64,000 nt of DNA. Origin: a virus. Position 1 is the first letter of the stretch. Every line of letters begins with the position of its first letter. Shown one piece after another: positions 57,661 through 64,000 of this stretch. The translations under genes and the position numbers were made by a program. Below the pieces are notes generated by a model. The model worked only from the letters and a program-made list of their open reading frames with translations, made no database searches and had not been told where the DNA came from. The DNA is taken from positions 1-64,000 of IMG/VR virus record IMGVR_UViG_3300037141_000236. One strand, written 5' to 3'.

Positions 57661-57915
57661 ATGATCATTTCATTTCTCTTTGGTTTGTTTGTTTCTCTTG
57701 CTGGGGTTATTGTTTATGCAGTGACCACAAGCGATAGTGAATCACAATCCATAAAAGCATTGGAAGGTGAAAGAGATCGTTTAAAAGGTTCGCAGCAACA
57801 TATGTTTGAAATGTGCGAAGACTTCAAAGAGTGTAATCAGGAATTGAAAGTCGAAAACGAAAAATTAAAAGTTAACGACCCGTATGAGAAAATGCGGAAA
57901 GAATGTGGGCTATGA
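57661..57915 (+). CDS. TM + coiled-coil protein ending EKMRKECGL
   Basis: Paralogue-like to the next gene. Confidence 0.65.
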   Translation: MIISFLFGLFVSLAGVIVYAVTTSDSESQSIKALEGERDRLKGSQQHMFEMCEDFKECNQELKVENEKLKVNDPYEKMRKECGL

Positions 57916-58412
57916 TTTTACTTATCTGTTCTATTATTTGGGGTATCATCGGGTTAATCATGTCAATAGTATTTGTTGCTGACAGCGACAATACGGATGA
58001 TCACAATGCCCTTGAGTGTTTTCTTATCTTCCTGTGTATTACTGCTTTTGGGATTCCTTTATTAGCAGCAGCTGGTATTCACAATATATGGATGCAGTTT
58101 AATAAGAAATCCTATAAGAAAGAAAAAGCATTAGCTGTAAAGATCATTGATGACATGCAAAAGAAGATTGATGAATTGGAACGTGAAAAAGAAGAAGATG
58201 ATAACTGTATTAAACGAATGGCTCGTGAATATCAGGATCTGAATACTGCTTACAAAAAGCTCATTCACGACGATCCCATAGAAAAGATGCGCAGAGAGAT
58301 TGGTTTGGGCATTGAACCTGAAGAAGAAAAACTTACAGTAAGACCAGCAATAAAATTCACCAAGAAACGTAAAAAGAAACCAGTGTCTACTGGTTCTTCA
58401 TCAACATTTTAA
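57912..58412 (+). CDS. Two-TM + coiled-coil protein with EKMRREIGL motif
   Basis: DP.EKMR.E.GL shared with the upstream gene. Confidence 0.65.
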   Translation: MILLICSIIWGIIGLIMSIVFVADSDNTDDHNALECFLIFLCITAFGIPLLAAAGIHNIWMQFNKKSYKKEKALAVKIIDDMQKKIDELEREKEEDDNCIKRMAREYQDLNTAYKKLIHDDPIEKMRREIGLGIEPEEEKLTVRPAIKFTKKRKKKPVSTGSSSTF

Positions 58413-58415
58413 ACA

Positions 58416-58613
58416 ATGGTACTACTTCTCTTCATATACGGCTTTATAGGGTTCCTCTTTTGGTTCGCCGGAATGTTCCTTCATAAGGGATTAATAGCAT
58501 CTTCCTCTGCAAATAAGATTGCTTTCTTAATTTTCTGTATTATTCTTTGGTTGCCTCTATTATGTTTCGCTTTATACCGTAAAATTAAAAACCATGAAGG
58601 ACCTCATTCTTAG
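58416..58613 (+). CDS. Small two-TM membrane protein
   Basis: Hydrophobic ORF. Confidence 0.55.
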   Translation: MVLLLFIYGFIGFLFWFAGMFLHKGLIASSSANKIAFLIFCIILWLPLLCFALYRKIKNHEGPHS

Positions 58614-59043
58614 AAGCTACCAAATTGCCCATTTACGTAAATGGGATAAACTTTATATTGCTGTCGACATTCATGACGTTACTCTAGAAGCGAATTACTC
58701 GAAGGGAATACCAACTACCTTCCTAAGTAACGCCAAAGAGGTTCTCCAACGTCTAACGCAAAGAAAAGACGCTGTATTAATACTTTATACCTGTTCCTTC
58801 CCTGCCGAAATTGAACAATACTTAGAATTCTTTAAATCTCACGGTATTGAATTCAAACACGTCAATGAAAACCCCGACGCACCAAACACAGCCTTCGGTT
58901 GTTTTGATAAGAAGTTCTATTACAACATTCTTATTGAAGACAAAGCCGGATTCAATCACGTAAAAGATTGGGCTGAAATTGATGAAGCTTTGAATGAGAT
59001 TGACAAAGCTAGTGTGGATCTCGCACTGAACGCTCCGAGATAA
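58594..59043 (+). CDS. HAD-superfamily-like protein
   Basis: IAVDIHD, LILYTCS, VNENP, K.YYNILIEDKAGF. Confidence 0.75.
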   Translation: MKDLILRSYQIAHLRKWDKLYIAVDIHDVTLEANYSKGIPTTFLSNAKEVLQRLTQRKDAVLILYTCSFPAEIEQYLEFFKSHGIEFKHVNENPDAPNTAFGCFDKKFYYNILIEDKAGFNHVKDWAEIDEALNEIDKASVDLALNAPR

Positions 59044-59131
59044 ACCTTTAGAATCAACCTTCTACTCCCTTATTACCCTTCTTTTTAATAAAAACGTTTA
59101 CTATTTTTAGATTCTAAACCAATCTAATTAT

Positions 59132-59314
59132 ATGAAACATTTATTATCCCGTAACCTTCTTCTCGTATCTGCAATGGTTCTCCTTTGCATAACCATCAAC
59201 TCTTGTGGTTGTGGTTGTTCGGATAAGAAAGCTGCATTAGTTATTGTATCAGATACAACAGCTACAGCTGATACAACCGCAATTATCGTTACCACTTCAG
59301 ATTCTATAAAATAA
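59132..59314 (+). CDS. Small putative lipoprotein
   Basis: Signal peptide with INS-C lipobox, CGCGC, Thr-rich tail. Confidence 0.55.
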   Translation: MKHLLSRNLLLVSAMVLLCITINSCGCGCSDKKAALVIVSDTTATADTTAIIVTTSDSIK

Positions 59315-59318
59315 AATT

Positions 59319-59666
59319 ATGGCAAAGAAAAACAAAGTTAAAGCTATTGAGTTTGGCGACAAAAGTAAACCTAAACGTTTTACAATCGTCTGTGGGCCTT
59401 TTGATCTTGAACATGTCACTGACGGGACACCTTGTGTTTGTAAACAATGTGGTGCAAAATTATGGATAAGTGATTCATCCTTGCTTGCCGTTGCCGAAAA
59501 AGACCCTGACATAACAATGGAAAATTTACGTGTGCTTTGTGTTCCGTGTGGGCAAGAAGTCGTAAAGAAAGAAAACATTCAGAAAGCCAATCTAACAGCT
59601 CAGCAATTGGAAGAATTGGAAAGGTTCATGAAAGAAAAACCGAAGACTCAAAATGGAGAATTATAA
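59319..59666 (+). CDS. Zinc-finger hypothetical protein
   Basis: CKQC...CVPC. Confidence 0.6.
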   Translation: MAKKNKVKAIEFGDKSKPKRFTIVCGPFDLEHVTDGTPCVCKQCGAKLWISDSSLLAVAEKDPDITMENLRVLCVPCGQEVVKKENIQKANLTAQQLEELERFMKEKPKTQNGEL

Positions 59667-60165
59667 GGAGTGGACTTATATGGATAAGAGTGGTTGGAAT
59701 AGAGGGCCTTGGGATAAAGAACCTGACAAAGCAATTTGGATTGACCCCACGACTGGTTATCATGTTTCCATTGTAAGGACACATACCGGAGCTTTGTGTG
59801 GTTATGTGATGGTACCGAAGTCACACAAAATGTATAAGAAAGCTTACGATGACGTTCCTTATGAATGTCACGGCGGATTAACTTTCGGTAGAGAAAAGGA
59901 ACAAGACAAAGTTCCAAATCAAACAATACAATATATGCCGATGAAACGACTTTCATCACCTAAGAAAATGAAAGTGTTTGGTTTCGATTGCGCACACTAT
60001 GGAGACTTGTCTCCCGGAATGGCTTTAAACTTTGGCAATAGAGAAGAGACATACAAAGATTGGGTTTATGTAAAGAATGAAGTAGAACAGTTGGCGTTAC
60101 AGTTTTGGGGTGACGATGATACAGCTGGCGCAATTAACAAAATAAAACAAGAGATTGGGTTATGA
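59653..60165 (+). CDS. Conserved phage protein ending KIKQEIGL
   Basis: GPWDKEPD, GALCGYV, HGGLTF, FGFDCAHYGD, YV..EV..LA.Q. Confidence 0.8.
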   Translation: MENYKEWTYMDKSGWNRGPWDKEPDKAIWIDPTTGYHVSIVRTHTGALCGYVMVPKSHKMYKKAYDDVPYECHGGLTFGREKEQDKVPNQTIQYMPMKRLSSPKKMKVFGFDCAHYGDLSPGMALNFGNREETYKDWVYVKNEVEQLALQFWGDDDTAGAINKIKQEIGL

Positions 60166-60935
60166 GCAGATTCAACATAGGTAATATGGCGCGTTTAAAA
60201 TCCCCATCAAGTCTTTTGAAAGATGGTTGGGTTAAAGATGCTCTTGGAGGGTATAGTCATCCAAGCTATTGTTTGACAATTAATTCATCGATGGCAGGGG
60301 AACTGGTATATGCTCGTCTTGCATTGATTTCAAGAATTGACGATAAGCATGTTGAATTTTCGAATATTGGATACACTTGGCCTTTACGTGTAATGGAGAA
60401 CTGGGAGGAAATTGGTTTGTCAGAAGAGGAACCAGAAGTAATCATTGAAGAACACCCTGCTAAAGTACATATCACCGCCAGCGTTCTAACTGAACAATCA
60501 GCTTTAGCAGAGATATTCTTTACAGACTTTCTTGGGAAACTCGATCCAATACAAAAGATAAGAGCAGCTAAGGTTCTCATTTCTGAATTTGAACCTCACA
60601 ATCCCATCCTGCAAAAGCTTTGTGGCGATACAGAAATATTTAATTCTAAAGACGTCCCAAGAGGAGCCTGGATGAATAATTCCAGAGCCGTCGATACTGG
60701 GCCTTACGTTGTAGCATGTCAGAGAATGGGAAGCAGACTTACTTTTGTTAAGCTTGTTATGAACAAAACAGGTCTTGGGTTGAAAGAAGCAAAGGATGTT
60801 GTGGACAATTTGCTTTCGCCTTCTACTCATACAGTTGTTGCCTACAATCTTTCTCTTGATTGGGCAAATGAATGGGTGGCAGATATCAATTATGAGTGTC
60901 CCGATGCAAATGCCCAGGTGGGAATTTTAATTTAA
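60162..60935 (+). CDS. Protein with C-terminal ribosomal bL12 (L7/L12) CTD-like domain
   Basis: RLTFVKLV..KTGLGLKEAKDVVD. Confidence 0.7.
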   Translation: MSRFNIGNMARLKSPSSLLKDGWVKDALGGYSHPSYCLTINSSMAGELVYARLALISRIDDKHVEFSNIGYTWPLRVMENWEEIGLSEEEPEVIIEEHPAKVHITASVLTEQSALAEIFFTDFLGKLDPIQKIRAAKVLISEFEPHNPILQKLCGDTEIFNSKDVPRGAWMNNSRAVDTGPYVVACQRMGSRLTFVKLVMNKTGLGLKEAKDVVDNLLSPSTHTVVAYNLSLDWANEWVADINYECPDANAQVGILI

Positions 60936-61023
60936 ACTAACCTTCTGAGAGCTTAATTTTGTAGGCGAATGTTATTTTTACCTTTACCTTTATACAAACA
61001 TTAAATCTAACAACCTTCCCAAT

Positions 61024-62157
61024 ATGTCAAATAAGTCAAATTTAAAAGGAGCTAAGAGCATTGCGCAAAAACTTGCAGTTCTTAAAACAAACGAAGAAAA
61101 AGCTGAAGCTGCAGGACAAAAACTTGCTGACAAACCAGATGTAGAACAAATCTGGGTTGAAACAGGCAGCCAATACTTCCGCAGAGAAATCGGCCGTCAC
61201 TTCAAACAACTTGATAACGCTGTATATACAGTGGAAATCACACAGATGGGCGAATTCTATTTAGAACGTCAAGAAGAACGTTTTGATTTTCCTTACAAAG
61301 TTTACGGCCTGGAAAGCAAATTGATCCAACGTACTTTAAAGACTTATAAAGCTACAACCGGCAATATGGGTCTTCTATTGAACGGTATCAAAGGAACAGG
61401 TAAAACTGTCACTTCAAAGATCCTGGCCAACGAATTGAATATGCCTGTCATTCTTATTTCCAAATACATTCCTGGTGCCCACTTCTTCCTGAATACCATT
61501 GAGCAGGATGTTACCATCTTCATCGATGAATACGAAAAGGTTTACGAAGAAGATTCTGAAATGCTTGCAATCATGGATGGAGCATTAAACTCCGAGCATA
61601 GACGCGTATTCTTATTGACCACAAATAAACTATATGTCAATGAGAATCTGTTGCAACGCCCAAGTCGTATTCGTTACTTAAAGACCTTCCAGGACTTGAC
61701 TCCCGAAATCACCGAAGAGATTGTTGATGATTGTTTGATTCACAAACAATTCAAAACAGAGGTTTTAAAGTTCATCGCGAATTTAGAGATCATTACTGTT
61801 GACATTGTGAAAGCAGTTGTGAGTGAAGTAAACATTCACGAAGAGCCGCCATTGAATTTCAAGGATGTATTCAATGTGAAGAAGATCACTGGCAAGTATG
61901 ATGTATCCATTGTGGACCTTACCGGTGTGTCCATTCCATTTAAAAAGAATGTAACCATCAATCCAAGAAACTTTGACGATGCCGAACAATATATCGGTTA
62001 TAACTTCATGGTTGGTAACGAACACTTGGGAAGAATTACAGAAGTGTTGGATACTCATACGATCAAGATCCAACCTGCCAAAAAGAAATCGAAAGAGATT
62101 ACTGTTAAATTTGAAAGTGCAGATTCCATTCACAAAAATTACGCATTTGCGTTTTAA
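61024..62157 (+). CDS. AAA+ ATPase
   Basis: Walker A GIKGTGKT, Walker B IFIDEYEK, MDG, LLTTN, RPSRIRY. Confidence 0.9.
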   Translation: MSNKSNLKGAKSIAQKLAVLKTNEEKAEAAGQKLADKPDVEQIWVETGSQYFRREIGRHFKQLDNAVYTVEITQMGEFYLERQEERFDFPYKVYGLESKLIQRTLKTYKATTGNMGLLLNGIKGTGKTVTSKILANELNMPVILISKYIPGAHFFLNTIEQDVTIFIDEYEKVYEEDSEMLAIMDGALNSEHRRVFLLTTNKLYVNENLLQRPSRIRYLKTFQDLTPEITEEIVDDCLIHKQFKTEVLKFIANLEIITVDIVKAVVSEVNIHEEPPLNFKDVFNVKKITGKYDVSIVDLTGVSIPFKKNVTINPRNFDDAEQYIGYNFMVGNEHLGRITEVLDTHTIKIQPAKKKSKEITVKFESADSIHKNYAFAF

Positions 62158-62159
62158 CA

Positions 62160-62483
62160 ATGGGACCTTTCGAATGGATAGCACCGAAGGCTTATAATCG
62201 CTGGAGAACCTTTCGTTTAAAGCGTTATAAGAGGAAGAAAGTAAAGGAGATGAAACTCATCCCGGAGCAGCTTTACCATATTAAATTCAAAGTAAAGATT
62301 GGAGATAAAGTAAGTCCCCAGTTATGCGGCGAGTATGATATTGTAATTCCTGCGACCGGGATTTACTTTGCTAAAATAAAGCTACAAGATCATTTAGAAA
62401 GAATGATTTCTGCGGAAGTAATAGAGTTTGATATAGTTCAAGATTCCTCTGAATCTTCTTCGGATTCATCTTCTTCAATGTAA
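62160..62483 (+). CDS. Hypothetical protein
   Basis: 107-aa ORF; its Ser-rich tail is explained by an antisense gene. Confidence 0.6.
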   Translation: MGPFEWIAPKAYNRWRTFRLKRYKRKKVKEMKLIPEQLYHIKFKVKIGDKVSPQLCGEYDIVIPATGIYFAKIKLQDHLERMISAEVIEFDIVQDSSESSSDSSSSM

Positions 62484-62560
62484 TCCACATCATCGCGACG
62501 TTCCACAAGGCTTTGTATACTGCAGGCAATGATAAGTAAAAATAAAACAAGTGCTCCCAT
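62438..62560 (-). CDS. 40-aa antisense late membrane/lipoprotein (not in ORF track)
   Basis: MGALVLFLLIIACSIQSLVERRDDVDYIEEDESEEDSEES; minus-strand TATTTATA box 4 nt upstream. Confidence 0.55.
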   Translation of the reverse strand: MGALVLFLLIIACSIQSLVERRDDVDYIEEDESEEDSEES

Positions 62561-62578
62561 TACATATAAATATTTTAA

Positions 62579-62794
62579 ATGAGAACGAATTGTTTAATAT
62601 GGTCTGTGAAGTATCGAATAAACAACCCCGGTAGTAAATTGAAAGCCGAATGGGATAGTAAGCTATGTTGGTTTCACTATTATGTTATTGATGGCGAATT
62701 TGAGATACATTGTGAGCAGAGATACGAAGGCCGTTGGACACCATTGTTTGTGCCAAAAATAAGAAAAGTCAAATTAAGAAAGAAAAACAAATGA
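62579..62794 (+). CDS. Hypothetical protein
   Basis: 71-aa ORF. Confidence 0.5.
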   Translation: MRTNCLIWSVKYRINNPGSKLKAEWDSKLCWFHYYVIDGEFEIHCEQRYEGRWTPLFVPKIRKVKLRKKNK

Positions 62795-63006
62795 AATTCC
62801 CCGAAGATAAAATTATTGCTGAAGTAACCATGACAGCCAAAGAAGACGAACATGGTAATAAGCAAACTGTTTCTTTCACAACTGATAAGGTTTCTTTGTT
62901 AGACATTGATAAAGGAACCATTGTGTTAAACATTGTGGGCGATGAAGGAGTTAACATAACTGTTAAATTCACTAAACCGATGGAGGATGAAGTAGAACAT
63001 GTTTAA
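62791..63006 (+). CDS. Hypothetical protein
   Basis: Start reassigned to ATG 62791. Confidence 0.6.
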   Translation: MKFPEDKIIAEVTMTAKEDEHGNKQTVSFTTDKVSLLDIDKGTIVLNIVGDEGVNITVKFTKPMEDEVEHV

Positions 63007-63241
63007 TCTCGGTGATATTGTCGTGCGAATTGATAACAGCCATCACGGAATGAGTATTGGAATGATTTCCCGTATTGTTGGTTTTGAACGAGATCAACTT
63101 AGATTACACGATTTCAATCCAGATACTTCTCATATGCCTGAAAACTTTAGACACGCAACAGATGAAGAAGCATTCGATTATCGACAAAAACATTACACAA
63201 GTACAAAATTACAAATCATGAAAGAAGTTTATGGGGAATGA
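62999..63241 (+). CDS. SH3/KOW-like small protein ending IMKEVYGE
   Basis: FNLGDIVVRI...ENFRHAT.EE. Confidence 0.65.
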   Translation: MFNLGDIVVRIDNSHHGMSIGMISRIVGFERDQLRLHDFNPDTSHMPENFRHATDEEAFDYRQKHYTSTKLQIMKEVYGE

Positions 63242-63479
63242 ATATGATGAAGTGATGAAAGCAATGATTGTAACGTTTGCTACTCGCTTAAAAGAAAACC
63301 CCGACGAAGTGATAGTAATTGAATCGTTCATCATTGAAGAAGGATTGAAATACTTTACTGAAACGGAACAATACGAGTTATGTCAGCTTTTATTAAACTT
63401 CACAAAGGATCACCCTGAGAAGGTTATTTTGATGACAAAGAAACAATTTTTCGAAGACGACAAATGGGAAACGATATAA
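63231..63479 (+). CDS. Hypothetical protein
   Basis: LKYFTETEQYELCQ.L (UVR-like helix pair). Confidence 0.6.
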   Translation: MGNEYDEVMKAMIVTFATRLKENPDEVIVIESFIIEEGLKYFTETEQYELCQLLLNFTKDHPEKVILMTKKQFFEDDKWETI

Positions 63480-63880
63480 AATATAAATCCGGAGATCGTG
63501 TAACAGTTAAGTTGGAAGGTATTCCAGAGTTCGAAGCAAAGATCATGGCAAAAGAACAATGGAACGCTGATCAGCATGAAAAGAATCTTAATTGGTTCCT
63601 TTCCCTTGCCGGTGTTAAACCATCAATTAAAAAATTGATTGGGATATTACAAGATGACGATGATAATGGTGATCGTGATTTTACAATTTGGAAACCACAA
63701 GATTATGATTGTATTGATGATATCGTTTGGGATTCTTTTGTGGGCACACCGCCGTTCTTCAGAAGACAACATTACTTATGGACACTTGAAAAATATTTCA
63801 GACCATCATCCGGTATTATCGCAGAGGAATATAAGATAAAAAAAGAGATTTATGGCGAAGGTACCAGACTTAAATTATAA
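63464..63880 (+). CDS. SH3/KOW-like protein with KIKKEIYG motif
   Basis: KYKSGDRVTVKL. Confidence 0.65.
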   Translation: MGNDIKYKSGDRVTVKLEGIPEFEAKIMAKEQWNADQHEKNLNWFLSLAGVKPSIKKLIGILQDDDDNGDRDFTIWKPQDYDCIDDIVWDSFVGTPPFFRRQHYLWTLEKYFRPSSGIIAEEYKIKKEIYGEGTRLKL

Positions 63881-64000
63881 TTTCAAAGCAGGTGATATTG
63901 TAAGTATCACCCTACCCAGTATTGAAACATTTGAATCTCGCATTGTGGGATTAGATAATCAATGGGCTACAATTGGTTCTCCTTGGTATTGCGAAATACC
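63852..64000 (+). CDS. Partial hypothetical protein, paralogue-like to the upstream gene
   Basis: MAKVPDLNYNFKAGDIVSITLPSIETFESRI...; runs off window end. Confidence 0.55.
   Translation, partial: MAKVPDLNYNFKAGDIVSITLPSIETFESRIVGLDNQWATIGSPWYCEI

Noticed and set aside
62565-62572. T4-type late promoter TATAAATA driving plus-strand gene 62579
   Set aside because: All other copies are oriented as TATTTA with their genes, and a minus-strand ORF starts 4 nt away. Plus-strand use cannot be fully excluded.
1-64000. Stop-codon reassignment (TAG/TGA recoding as in some Bacteroidota phages)
   Set aside because: Long conserved genes are intact in the standard code, and TAG ends genes at natural positions (16732, 24223, 42632, 49973).
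1-64000. CRISPR array, tRNA or rRNA genes
   Set aside because: I saw no regularly spaced repeats or cloverleaf signatures. Intergenic gaps are short and mostly explained by promoters and terminators. A tRNAscan/Infernal run would be needed to exclude these fully.

Overview
This window is about 64 kb of a large, AT-rich, T4-like (myovirus) phage genome, probably a jumbo phage. The host is very likely Bacteroidota, given a Bacteroidota-type RpoD, TAnnTTT(A/G)-type promoters, a T9SS-type cargo protein and an Hc1 histone-like protein. It contains the head module (gp21 protease, scaffold, gp23 capsid), neck and tail (gp13/14/15-like, sheath, tube) and baseplate (gp5-N, gp25, gp6). It also encodes a gp55-like late sigma factor and an RpoD, an intein-split SNF2 helicase, folE plus glycosyltransferases, PhoH, counter-defence candidates (Acb1-like 2H phosphoesterase, two macrodomains), many free-standing homing endonucleases, and a long array of small early genes. 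The most striking unexplained pattern is a set of short peptide motifs shared by otherwise unrelated proteins: a C-terminal [IM]-[KRH]-[KQR]-E-[IVC]-(GL/YG) motif on about 8-10 early proteins, and L-x-x-[LIV]-[TS]-G-[KR]-K-V-x-[FL] and L-[IV]-E-x-[MI]-x-x-E motifs on acidic late proteins. These may be phage-encoded protein sorting signals. All family calls come from motif recognition by eye, not database searches.
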